The notes under the pieces are model-generated. The model saw nothing but the letters and a program-made list of their open reading frames with translations, was not told the origin of the DNA and searched no databases. From Chrysomallon squamiferum (taxonomy: Eukaryota > Animalia > Mollusca), in assembly GCA_012295275.1 (NCBI GenBank), contig CM022678.1, positions 1 through 64,000 on the forward strand: a stretch of DNA of 64,000 nucleotides, written 5' to 3'. Below, one piece after another: positions 27,261 to 41,175 of this stretch (positions are counted from its first letter, which is position 1; every line of letters begins with the position of its first letter). Position numbers and translations under genes: made by a program.

Positions 27261-29554
27261 ATTAAAAATGTGGATATAACAGATGTAAGGTAGTTTTAAT
27301 TTTTTATTTTTTATTCCATATTAACGGGGTTTTAGTATTACTGTTGCTGTTGTTGTTGTTGTTGTTATTATTAAGAACAGAACGGACAAAAATGGTAGAT
27401 TAGATGGTATGAACATTAAATTTGTTTATTTATTTGTTTGTTTAATTACTTAATTACTTTCGAAAGATTCTGATGAATGAGAGAAAGAAGTAAATTTAGA
27501 AATTTTGTTTTTCATTTGTTTTCATTCGAAGCACGATATTATTATTTATTATACATGGTTGGTGTAGTCACGCTCTATTGCTTTCTGACTTTGTATTGAA
27601 ACCAGTTTTCAGAAACGTGATATAGTTAGAACATTCAGTGACGTCACAGGGTAACAAGAGTAATACACTGTATTGAAATAAACGGGTGACCTAGAACGAA
27701 CTGCAATTAGAATTACATAGACAAGTTTAAACATGAGACATCTGCGTGTTAGTCTTGTGACATTTATTCACATTACAGGTAAAAAATTGTAACTGGACAT
27801 AAAAAATAAAATAAAATAAAATAAAATAAAGTAATAATTAAAAAAAGGTGAAGAGGGATTAAAGGTTTTAGAATAAAATTGTTTACAATAGTTAAAATAA
27901 CGTTTCCAAGGGTTTTGTATGTTTGTGCGTGTCTGTGCGTGTGTATACACATATATGTGTGTGTTTGTATGTGTTTGTATATACATATATATATGTGTGT
28001 GTTTATTTATGTGTGCATTTGCATATGTGTGTGTGTCGTACATTTTATATCAAAGGACATTTGATTCTTAGTGTAATAAAATTCTCTGAAAATCAAGAAT
28101 AACAACATTGAATCTGATTTTCTCTTTCAAGAGTCAGTTTGAAGAAATTCGCAAATATAAATATTACAAATCAGATATGTAAATCAGTTAGACATTTTAT
28201 TTCTCGGAATATTTAATATTCTACAAACCGATATTACATAAAATAACATGTTCTACATCCCGGTACGATTAGAGGAAATTAGAGCGATCAGTCCCATTAC
28301 GTGATGACGTCACGACTTCAGCTGTTTCGTAACAGTATTATTGTCAAACTTTGTTATGTGTAATGATAGGTCGCTCTAAACAAAGACATAATAACGGAAG
28401 TGTTAAGAATTTTACTAGAAAATATCTGTTCTTATTGACTCAGATTTACTTTAAAGTGGGAGAAACATTGGTGTTATATTGTTATATTCAGTGTTCAGTA
28501 TATACATATCAAATATTGTATCTGAAACGGGCATATAATAAATAAATAAATACAAGAAGAAAAGACTCAAATCAGTGAGATACCAAACCCCGGCCTGCCC
28601 ACCCCGTGGACGCTCCTGGACTTGTTGTCAAGACAACGAGGTAAATACAATGTACCCGAAGTAAACAGATTGCTTAGAATGACTGATCCTATGATCACAA
28701 GAGATTTGCGTTTTACTGCTGTGAATAAGCTATTTATAGATAACTGTTATTTGATGAAAGGAGAAGAAAGAAGAGAATCGAACGGTAATATGAAAGCTTT
28801 CAATATATAATTTAAGAGAGTTAAGCTTTTTCTTTACGTCCAATATCATGTTCACTATAGTAATGATTAATGTTAAGCGTCATGTTACCAGCGAAATACA
28901 AATAAAGAAATGAAGAAAGAAAGACACAAAGAAGGAAATGAAAGGCAGAAAGAAGGAAAGAAAGAAACCGAAACAAATTAAATTTATCGGTTACTAAAAG
29001 ATTAGTTTTTTCTTTACTTACTTTCAAGACTAAACATGAGAGATCTGTATGCTAGTCACATAACTTTTATTATTGTAGAAAATAATAACAAGACGTCCAA
29101 AAAGAAACTCAAATTATATCAAATTAAATAAATATAAATATAAATAAATAAATAAATAAATGTGAAACGTATAACTGGATGAAAGGTTATTATATAAAAT
29201 TGTAGTTACGAGTTAGCATACTCATGACGGCTGAATGAAGACTAAAAGTAGAGTGATTGAGAAATAAAATAAAATAAATAAATAAATAAACAATGTCTGC
29301 GCTAAACAGAATAAATCTTAATATCAATAATAATAATTGTGTGTGTGTTATAAATCTATTGGCCATGACATAAGGTAGTAAATTTAAAATAATTAACATC
29401 CAGGCACGATTTATTTACTGTAAGAAACGATATATTGCACCCCATAGTATACAGCGTATATTCGAGCAAGTATACAAACTAGTTTGAAAGGCGTGCTATA
29501 TTTAGAACTGATTTGTAAAGCTGCAGACATTGTCACCAAGTAAACAGTAATACA

Positions 29555-29701
29555 CCGTGTGCAAACCTGTGACGTCACGTCTTACAAAAATATCACCTGA
29601 CGTGTCTAAGCAGACGATTCACAGAGCGAGCAGACGGCACAGAATGTGTGTCAGTCTGTTCGTCGAAAACATTCCGGCTTTACTTCGATTTCGATTCAAA
29701 G
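29555..29701 (+). promoter_or_regulatory. Putative promoter and non-coding exon 1 of gene B
   Basis: Paralog of 15215-15360 with a full CRE TGACGTCA (~29570-29577) and the donor aag|gtaggc at 29701/29702. Confidence 0.6.
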
Positions 29702-32700
29702 GTAGGCAAAACTTTTTACTACATACTGCTTTAGTAGTGACTGTTGATTGTTTATTTAAGACATTTAAAATTTTCTATGCGTATCCGAAACTCACATTTC
29801 TTTTCAGTTTTCATTTTTTTATTAAAGGTATGACCAAATAAAATTATAATATTTCTGTTTAATTAATTTGTACATAAAACAATAAGCATATGAAGAAAAA
29901 GTGTATTATCGTCTGGTATATTTAGTATAGGTCATGGCCGTAACTGCACTGAGGCAAGTGCCTCATACCGAAAAAAAAATATATATATATATATTTTTTT
30001 TTTATATACCAAAATTTACTTTAAAAAATATAAAACATAAATGTCTATTCCGATAGACACAATATTCAATAAATTAATTTCATGATCCTGTAAGTGTGCC
30101 AGAAACAGGCCTGACATCGGACAAGTTTCGCCTCCAAACGCAGTGACCGATAATTTGCGCTGTATATAAAAGGCCTAAGTTTTAGAAGGGCACAAAATGG
30201 TAACTGTTCAATCCACAGAAAGAAATTCGATGCTGGTTTATAAAAAGTCAGAGTTCAGAAATTATTTTATGTTGTCAACATATTTTCAAAGTAAAAGTTC
30301 ACTGATCCCAGGATACTTACCAGAATATTTACCCGCTTTGCGTTAACTGAAAAATTATATATGAGACGAGACTAAACAAAACAGAAGCTGTTTCACAGAT
30401 GTTCACGGCGTTGTGAGAAGAAGGCATATCCCCCTCCTTTAAGAATTGAAAACGTTGTCGTTATATAATATGTCGAGAATTAACTGACAACTTGTTTGCT
30501 ACTAAGCTGGACCAAGCCACGCTTTGTAATATCATAGATTAATGCTTTTATTCTTCATTACTGCAGACACTAATTAAAAAATGCAATGATTTTTGTGATA
30601 ATGTTTTTTGGTTTATTTCCCCACTCGTTAACATTTTTATTCTTTCAGTTTTGAACAGAACTTCAATTAGATTTTATTAAATTTCAGTTTATAAAATAAA
30701 AGATTTTCAGTCTGTACGACTTGTTCTTTTATTTGAATATATATATACTACTTGTATATTTAATGTTCAAAAATCATCTTTTAAATAAATAAAGAAACTA
30801 TCTGTAAAAAATGTAGTTATGTAAGAGTATTAATGGTTGAATACTCTGTTATATATGTCAGCAGCCAATCACAGCAGAGGGAAGGAAATATGTCTGTACA
30901 TTAATATGAAGTCATGAAGTGAACAAGTTTGAGAATGTAGCAGATTACTGAAAGCTTAAAATCGCAAATTCTGAGATTATGTTTATGCAAGCAAATACAA
31001 ACGTTTGAGCGTGGGGGGGGGGGAATTCTTGTAGAATCAAAATGATAGAATCACTCTCATTTGAAGTATTGCTCACTGTTTTATAATTGTTTGAAAAATG
31101 AAAATTAACCAATTTCATATTTTGTATTAAATAAATAATACATTTAAAAAAATAATAATTTAAGAATCATATTGAATACAAATAAATATGAGCAGTTATA
31201 ATTGAAAGTGTGGTCTACTGAAAAATTCAGTGTTAAATTATCTATTTGTTTAAATTGAACAGAAAAGAGTGACACCTTCTCTAAATCCTTTGCAATATTT
31301 ACCTGGAAAAATGTTGAGCACTTGGAAATATTTTACTATGACTAAAAAAACAAGTGTTGCAAAGGCTGGTAAATAAGCTGAGAAAAATGAATTTGTTTTG
31401 TAACATCAAGCCACTGGCAATAAGAAAATGGAACAAATGTGTTAGACTTCAGATTTCTTTACATCACAGTATTATCACATAATCACTTCAAAATAATTTG
31501 CAGAGTTCATAAAGCAGGAACAAAATGTTAGTTTGAGTCTCAGATTACATCTGTGATTAAAGGTTCAGTAACAAGTAAACTGCTACATGGTTCTGTGTGA
31601 CTGACTACACTGTCTCTCTCCTCCCTGTATTTACATTTTTATTTTGTGGGTGTGGCAGCTACTGTGACTCAAATAATGCCCCAAATATGCTCCAGTGCAT
31701 GACTAGTCAAGACAGAATTGCTAAAGCTTTGTTTTGCATTCTGTCAGACTCTTTAAGTATTTATAGCTGATAGGTGAGTATATTGCAGTTTGAGAAAATC
31801 AGTGAAATCATTTGTAACTGACATTCAGAATCATGGAACATCATTCTGTTGTAATTACCTGTCACATGTTGTCACTCATTATCTCAGAGTTTAAATTTTC
31901 TCCATTTGTATTATTTATATTATTTACTGCAATAGACAAAAGTAAGAATATAACTAAATAAAACTATTATATTATCTATGCATTTAATTTGTTTATGTAA
32001 CATAATTTAGTAAGACAACCGAGTGTAATTTTGAATCTTGATTCAAATGTGATTGTTCTACATGTTTTAAACACTATTTGCAAATTGTGTGTGGTTTTCA
32101 AAGAAGCAACAGGAAGTTCTAAAATTCAATCTGAATTTGTTTTCCATTCTCGACAAGATAAATTTGTCTGTAGATTTTTCGTTAACAGTATTGTGATCAC
32201 TTGTATAACATAATTTAGTAGAATCCACATAAATAAGCATATAACTTAACAAAATTATTCACGTTATGTTTTTATTTGTACTGTTTATATAACATAATGT
32301 TTTACAGTTGACAAAACCAAGAATTTAACTTTATAAAACTATTAACATGTTGTTTGTATTTGTATGGCTTATATAACACAGATTAGTAACAGGACAGACA
32401 AGGCTTAAGGATTGATTCTGATGTTAAATGTAAGGTTCTTTCTTTGATACCATGCATCAATCTGAATCCTGAACTATGTGAAATGACCCAGCTATAATTC
32501 TTCTACATGTTCAAAAGATTATTGTTTACTAATTATGCTATTTTTTACGATAACATTTTTTAAATTTATTTTTTGTTCACACTGAATGATTGAGCTTGAG
32601 TTAAAAATTCATATCTTATAATGTGAGCTCCAGTGTATTCAAATCTGTACTCATGACTGGCCAAGGCAGAATTGTTAAAGCTTTGTTTTGGACTCTATCG

Positions 32701-33391
32701 GACAGTTAAATATTTATAGCTGGTATGTGAATATGCTGCAGTTTCAGAAAAACAGAGTGATATGGTACCCTGGTCTGTCACAGTGAAATCAGTTGTAACA
32801 GTCATTCAAAAACAAGGAACATCATTCTGTTGTTAATCATCACAAAGTTATAATTACTTGTCACATGTTCTTACTCATTATCTCAGTGCTTAACTTTTCT
32901 CCAGGTGTATATTTGTGACATTTTTGTTTGTAGTGTTTATAACTTTAATTACTAAATTGACAAAACAAAGAATCTAACTCAATGAAACTATTCTGATAAT
33001 TCTGTACATTTATATTGATTACATAACATAATTTATGTATATAGGTTTACTTGTAAGTTATTCTTATATTACTAGTGTAAATCATGAATTATTGAACTCA
33101 CCCAACTATGATTCTTCTACATGTTTTAAACATTATTATTTGCAGTTTGTCAATGGTTTTCAAACAAATGACAGAAAAATTTAAATCAACCATGAAAATG
33201 TGTACCCATTTTCAATAAGACAAATCTGTCTATCACTTACTTAACTGAATTCTGATGATATGGATTCTTGTTCAGTGCATGGATTTAGTTCATTTGCAGT
33301 GATTTCTGAAAACTGATTTTACCATTTATATTTGTAATGTTTATAAAAAGTATAAATAGTCCAGTAAATCTCTGTGTTTTTTAGGTTGACT

Positions 33392-36300
33392 ATGTCTACT
33401 CGACAAAGCAGCAGAATAGCTGAGAAACACAGCAACCCAAAGTCAGAATGTTTCTCACTCAGCCTATCAACACCCCCTAAAAAGAAGAGGAAAATCGAAT
33501 CCAGTACATGGTAAGAGTAATTAATTAGAAGTAAGTTTTTACATAACAACTTTGTGAAAATTGTTTTTTTTTTATTATTTTTTACAGCTCATTCAACATG
33601 GATGATGAAAAGAGGAGTTTAGAAGTTGTTTCTAACACCATAGCTTTTTCTTCACCAGACAAAAGTATTTCTTCCTCAGACAATAATACTGGATTTCAGC
33701 GGATATTAGATTGTCATGGTAATACACACAGTATTTCGATATATTATTTACTTTATTGATTGGAAATTCTAAAAAGATCTAAACTCATAACAAATTGACA
33801 AGTTAAAGGGTTTTACGTACTGTCTAACAGATGAAAATGGAAAAAAACATATCGATAAATAAATTAAAATACATACTAATTACTGTTTCATCATGACTAT
33901 TATAATTATTCTAGTATGATAATATTTATTTTGATGTTGTAAAGTAATGCTGAGGTCAAATCTATGTGTAATTAATTAACAGTATTAAACACATTTGTTA
34001 AAACATATATTACTGTATTCACTAACACTGTTCAAACAGATGGTATTATACTATATGTTGACGTATCTCTATGATAGATGAAAACATTTTTTCTGTTTTT
34101 CAAACACCGATACTACATCCAGTAATTATATCTAATTCTGAGGTTTTCCAGACAAAATCATTTTTAGAAATTATCCATTGAATTTATGAATTATAAAAAT
34201 CTTATCTCCTTCGCAGGAGGACAATCCTCAATATTCTTCACTAATTGTGAAAGTACTCAACTAGGAAATTTCAATGTTACGGGTAAGTTAAAAACTCTAC
34301 ATGTTTAAAAGATATCAACCCATATCACAACAGTCATGAATTTATTTCCCATAAGTGCCAGGATATAACCAAATGGATTATCATAAGGCTGTTATCATAA
34401 AAATAAAGTATAAATCTTTGATTAAAAGCTGACTAGCAGCCCATATTTCATGAACTTGTTTCCTTGTTCATAACTATTAATGACAAAACATTTCCATTTC
34501 CCAACAGCAAAGTCGAAGAGTTAAATATTGTGTTGCTTACTTACCTAAATACCATTTGTAAACTGAAATGTTTCTGATCTAAACTCATAACAAATTGACA
34601 AGTTAAAGGGTTTTACGTACTGTCTAACAGATGAAAATGGAAAAAAAACATATCGATAAATAAATTAAAATACATACTAATTACTGTTTCATCATGACTA
34701 TTATAATTATTCTAGTATGATAATATTTATTTTGATGTTGTAAAGTAATGCTGAGGTCAAATCTATGTGTAATTAATTAACAGTATTAAACACATTTGTT
34801 TAAACATATATTGCTGTATTCACTAACACTGTTCAAACAGATGGTATTATACTATATGTTGACGTATCTGTATGATAGATGAAAACATTTTTTCTGTTTT
34901 TCAAACACCGATACTACATCCAGTAATTATATCTAATTCTGAGGTTTTCCAGACAAAATCATTTTTAGAAATTATCCATTGAATTTATGAATTATAAAAA
35001 TCTTATCTCCTTCGCAGGAGGACAATCCTCAATATTCTTCACTAATTGTGAAAGTACTCAACTAGGAAATTTCAATGTTACGGGTAAGTTAAAAACTCTA
35101 CATGTTTAAAAGATATCAACCCATATCACAACAGTCATGAATTTATTTCCCATAAGTGCCAGGATATAACCAAATGGATTATCATAAGGCTGTTATCATA
35201 AAAATAAAGTATAAATCTTTGATTAAAAGCTGACTAGCAGCCCATATTTCATGAACTTGTTTCCTTGTTCATAACTATTAATGACAAAACATTTCCATTT
35301 CCCAACAGCAAAGTCGAAGAGTTAAATATTGTGTTGCTTACTTACCTAAATACCATTTGTAAACTGAAATGTTTCTGATCTAAACTCATAACAAATTGAC
35401 AAGTTAAAGGGTTTTACGTACTGTCTAACAGATGAAAATGGAAAAAAACATATCGATAAATAAATTAAAATACATACTAATTACTGTTTCATCATGACTA
35501 TTATAATTATTCTAGTATGATAATATTTATTTTGATGTTGTAAAGTAATGCTGAGGTCAAATCTATGTGTAATTAATTAACAGTATTAAACACATTTGTT
35601 TAAACATATATTGCTGTATTCACTAACACTGTTCAAACAGATGGTATTATACTATATGTTGACGTATCTGTATGATAGATGAAAACATTTTTTCTGTTTT
35701 TCAAACACCGATACTACATCCAGTAATTATATCTAATTCTGAGGTTTTCCAGACAAAATCATTTTTAGAAATTATCCATTGCATTTATGAATTATAAAAA
35801 TCTTATCTCCTTCGCAGGAGGACAATCCTCAATATTCTTCACTAATTGTGAAAGTACTCAACTAGGAAATTTCAATGTTACGGGTAAGTTAAAAACTCTA
35901 CATGTTTAAAAGATATCAACCCATATCACAACAGTCATGAATTTATTTCCCATAAGTGCCAGGATATAACCAAATGGATTATCATAAGGCTGTTATCATA
36001 AAAATAAAGTATAAATCTTTGATTAAAAGCTGACTAGCAGCCCATATTTCATGAACTTGTTTCCTTGTTCATAACTATTAATGACAAAACATTTCCATTT
36101 CCCAACAGCAAAGTCGAAGAGTTAAATATTGTGTTGCTTACTTACCTAAATACCATTTGTAAACTGAAATGTTTCTGATCTAAACTCATAACAAATTGAC
36201 AAGTTAAAGGGTTTTACGTACTGTCTAACAGATGAAAATGGAAAAAAACATATCGATAAATAAATTAAAATACATACTAATTACTGTTTCATCATGACTA

Positions 36301-37600
36301 TTATAATTATTCTAGTATGATAATATTTATTTTGATGTTGTAAAGTAATGCTGAGGTCAAATCTATGTGTAATTAATTAACAGTATTAAACACATTTGTT
36401 TAAACATATATTGCTGTATTCACTAACACTGTTCAAACAGATGGTATTATACTATATGTTGACGTATCTGTATGATAGATGAAAACATTTTTTCTGTTTT
36501 TCAAACACCGATACTACATCCAGTAATTATATCTAATTCTGAGGTTTTCCAGACAAAATCATTTTTAGAAATTATCCATTGCATTTATGAATTATAAAAA
36601 TCTTATCTCCTTCGCAGGAGGACAATCCTCAGTATTCTTCACTAATTGTGAAAGTACTCAACTAGGAAATTTCAATGTTATGGGTAAGTTAAAAACTCTA
36701 CATGTTTAAAAGATATCAACCCATATCACAACAGTCATGAATTTATTTCCTATAAGTGCCAGAATATAACCAAATGGATTATCATAAGGCTTTTATCACA
36801 AAAATAAATATTATAGTCCTATAAATGCCATGAAGAGTATTACAGATGGGGACCAATTATTAGACACTGGGGATAATGCTTCATAAACCTGGTGGGGGCT
36901 TGTCATATCTTCATGCATACTTTCTTAATGGATGAAAAAAGAAATCACCAGACAAGTTCATGTCACAAATACATTCAGCGCTTTCTGACTTTTAGAAGCC
37001 ATTTTACTACAACGCAGACTTTCTAGCAACTACTTAGCTTAATTTTACCTCTACAAAACTTTCTATTTTTCATTGAATCAGCGAAGAACATTTCTATTTA
37101 TACATTTTTACACATTTATTTTGGTATCAACAACAATATATTGTATAAGCATGTCCTAATCTGCCATTCACAGCAGTTACATAGTTTCTTTCATCTTTTT
37201 TTTTTTGACATTGCTTCTAAAATGATCATTAATTAACATTAACTTTTAAAGTTTTGAAAATGTACATACTGACAGTCAGTTTTCAGCAGTAAATATATCT
37301 CTTATTACAGGTGTGAACTGTCATGAGACTAATTCATGTATGCATCTACTGGAAGGTGGAGCTGTTAACAATTCTGTTTTACATATAGCAGCTAAAGATG
37401 GAGATATAAAAATTTTGAGAGCACTGATTGAAAAACATTTTGATATAAATATTAAAAACAGTCGAGGTGAAACTCCTCTTTTTATAGCTGTCAAATATAA
37501 GCAGAAATTAGTTATTTTTTATTTGCTGGATCACGGAGCTGATCCTCATTTAAAGGACAATAATAATAATTCTGTTTTACACTTAGCAGCATCTGATTGA
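33392..37600 (+). CDS. Gene B: NLS-(RHIM-like)x4-short ankyrin protein, ~267 aa. Exons 33392-33510, 33588-33718, 34217-34282, 35018-35083, 35818-35883, 36618-36683, 37311-37600
   Basis: Open frame across GT-AG introns: MSTRQSSRIAEKHSNPKSECFSLSLSTPPKKKRKIESSTC / SFNMDDEKRSLEVVSNTIAFSSPDKSISSSDNNTGFQRILDCH / (GGQSSIFFTNCESTQLGNFNVT)x3 / GGQSSVFFTNCESTQLGNFNVM / GVNCHETNSCMHLLEGGAVNNSVLHIAAKDG..GETPLFIAVKY..NSVLHLAASD*. The exons total 804 nt. Confidence 0.75.
33776..36809. repeat. 800-bp tandem array (~3.8 copies); each unit contains a 66-nt RHIM-like exon
   Basis: The unit start 'gatctaaactcataacaaattgac' occurs at ~33776, 34576, 35377 and 36177. The units are near-identical with a few distinguishing substitutions. 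Confidence 0.97.
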
Positions 37601-38270
37601 AGTATAGAAATTGTCACAGCACTGATCAAAAATGGTGGTAATGTGAATATTAAAAATGTCAATGTGAAACTGCTCTATTTATCTATTGGGACAAGAAGCT
37701 GATGCCAATGCAACAGAAAGATATAATAACAATTATAGCAGCTGAACATAGGAAATATAAAAATTGTAAAAGCACTGATTGAAAAAGGTGCTGATTTAAA
37801 TGTTAAAAGCAGTGGAAATCAAACTCGTCTTTATACAGCTGTTAAGTAGTTTTGTTTTTACTGGAACAAAGAGCTGATGCTAATATAATAGAAAGATATA
37901 ATAAGAATTTTCTTTTACACTGAGTAGCTGAATACGAAAGTGTAAAAATTGTGACAGGACTGATTGAAAAAGATACTGATGTAAATATTAAAAACAGTCA
38001 CAGAGAAACTCCTCTTTTTACAGCTGTTAAGTATAAAAAGAACAAAGTAGTTTTGTATTTACAGTGGCTTGGAAATGATGCTAATTCAGCAGATACATAT
38101 AACAATTCTGAAGATTGAAATATTGAAATTTTGACTGTAATAATTGAAAAAAATGTGTTGATGTAAATGTGTTTAATTCTCTTGATAAAGCTAAGAATTG
38201 CAGATTTTGTTGTGAAAGGGAAACTGTTTTGTATTTACTGGAGCATGGTGCTAAAGATGGTAACAGATAA
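37601..38270 (+). pseudogene. Decayed continuation of the gene B ankyrin array beyond a premature TGA
   Basis: After ASD* (TGA at the expected Gly position) the sequence continues with SIEIVTALIKNG.., ALIEKGADLNVKSSGNQTRLYTAVK and ETPLFTAVKYKKNKVVLYL, with frameshifts and stops. Confidence 0.85.
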
Positions 38271-39660
38271 ACTAATTGTGATATAATACCCCTGAACTTT
38301 TAAATTTAATACAGATACAGATATAGTGTACATAGACTGTCACTTTATATGGAAGATTACATGTTGAGAAAATTGTGCAGCTATAATATTTTACAAAGTA
38401 TCTTAATTTTCTAATTTGTCCTCAGACAGGTTGAGTTCTTACATAGTTTCATTATGAATTATTTCATTTGAACTTTTAATGTAATGTTGTGTGTAAGTAA
38501 TATGTACAGTTTTTACTTTTTGATTCAAATGTATGATGAAGAGTTAATGCCAATGTAACTATATTGCTGGTATATGTCTAGATACTGTAAATAATTTCTA
38601 TTCAGATATTATATTACAGTACTCCATACTCTGCTGTATCTATTCAAGTATTGTATTAATGTATGATGTAGTTAGGTTTCTTCGCAAACATTATATTACC
38701 ATATTTTATAGCTATTGTATCTATGCAAATATTGTATTAATATTATATAGTCTTTTGTTTCCATACAAATATTTTGTCTATTGTATTGGTACATAACAAG
38801 AAATATTATAATACTGTGTATCTTTATGAAATTTTCACTGCATTTTTGCTTTTCACTGAAACACTTTGGAGGATTTATTGCACAATTTAGTTTTAAAAGA
38901 TTTTAGAGTATGTTAGAGTTCCCTGTAATAATACAACAATACTAATACTGATGTTAATTTTGTTCACGTTATTCAGTCAGTGACAAGTCAGGCAGTTTTT
39001 AAATCAATTTTTGTTATTCTTGATGACTTGATTATTACTTGTGTTCCTGTTAGACAGTTCATGTGTGAAAATATCTGTTAAACAGGATGTTATAATTAAA
39101 GTTGTGTTTTAATTTACATTTTTAATATACATTTATTGCTTTATAAAATAGTTCTGTATTTACTTTATTATATACTAAGTAAACTTTTATATTAATGTTA
39201 AATGTAATTTTTTTCTTTTATAAAATAGTTTTCTCATACTAAATGAATGTTTTAGTATGCTTATACTAAGTAAAATTGTGTTTCCATTTTAAAGGAAATA
39301 TTCATATATTTTTTTATTTTATTATAGTTTAATAAATATATTTGTATTTTAAAGTAAAATGTTATATATATATAAATGTTTTACTATGTATATAGTCTGA
39401 TTTGTTACTGCTAGTTTCATTTGTTTGTAATAACAGCAATTTCTTCTCTTATTAATTAGGGAGATTCTTTCATAGAATGTTTACATTTGACTAAATTATC
39501 ATTAGAAAATAGAGAGGAACAAAATTAATAAAGTAAATGTAAGTTTTCATTGTGAATATATATATATATATATATTTAACATTTAGAAAACATTAATGTA
39601 CAGTTAATATTTTCGTACTCTTATATTTTTATTGGAGATATACTGAACATAATTTTATTT

Positions 39661-39693
<33 letters not shown>

Positions 39694-41140
39694 GTATATA
39701 TGCAGGTTTATATATATGTGTGCGTGTGTTTACAGTTATCTGTTTGATAATTGTAAAATAGTGAATAGTGAATAATGAATAAAGTTAATTTAAGTTTAAA
39801 GTAGAAATATTTTTGGTTTATAATGTTTACAGTTTTCTATTTAATAATTATAAAATATTCAGTAAATAATAAATGAAATGTAAATGTAAAATAGGAAAAT
39901 TTTAGTACATAATATTTACATTTATCTATTTAATAATTATAAAATATTCAGTAAATAATAAATGAAATGTAAATATAAAATAGGAAGATTTTTAGTATAT
40001 AATATTTACATTTATCTATTTAATAATTATAAAATAGAGAATAATTAATAAAGTAAATTTAAATTTAAACTGGGAATAGTTTTAGTTAATAATGTTTACA
40101 TTTATCTATTTAATCATTATAAAATAGTGATTAATTAGTAAAGTAAAGTTTTAAATAAAAATATTTTTATTTAATAATGTTTACAAATAACTTTAAAAAT
40201 TATAAAATAGTGAATAATTAGTAAAGTAAATTTAAGTTTAAATTAGAAATATTTTTTGTTAATAATGTCTACATATTGTTTTATTCCATTGTTCATTTTT
40301 TTTATAACTATTGTTTTCTCATTATTATTATTATTATTATTATTAAAAATTAATTTGAGTAATGTACTGATCCTTACATTACACTGACTAATTGTATTGT
40401 ATAAATAATTTGTATTTTCTGTTTGACTTGATGATTGTTTTATTGCAGACATTATTTTATGCTTAACATTATTTTGTTAGAGTTAAAATATATTATAAAT
40501 GATTTATTTTTGTTGTTTTTATTTTTTTACTTTCAGAAATTATGCATAATATTATTTTGTTACTGAAATTAGGTTTTTTCCATTATGTGCGTTATATTTT
40601 GATTTTTTAAATTCTTTTATTAATGGTTCATTTTATTGTTATTGTCATTATTATTATTGATATTATTATTATTATTATTAAATGAGGATCTATGCAGTTA
40701 TTTTTCTTTTTCTTTTTTTAACTTTTATCTGTTTAATGATTAGAATATACTAAATGAATATACATAGCAAATACATGTACATATTTTTAATTACACTGAT
40801 TTTCTTTTCTTATTTAATATGCATGATAGAATGTTTTTACTATCTTTATTTTGTGTACCAACTAACTTTAGATCTAACTTCAATTTACTGTTTTATTATT
40901 AACTGTATCTTTAATTAATGGATTAAAAAGGAGAAATGCTGTTTGTCTCCCATTTGTTACACGTCCAGCTGTTACACATCCAGTTGTTACAGTCAGTTGA
41001 CTGATTTACTTAGCCAACACCTGTAATATTAATGTAATAGTCACTAGTGATCAAGTGTTTTTCCATTTTCTTCTGATCACAAAGAATAACGAAATAGAAA
41101 GAAATCACTAAATACAATAAAGAAAAGATCACACATAAAA

Positions 41141-41175
<35 letters not shown>

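Noticed and set aside
33467-33496. Polyomavirus-derived insertion suggested by the SV40-like NLS
   Set aside because: Only a 10-aa basic motif inside a host exon that has a diverged paralog; there is no other T-antigen similarity.
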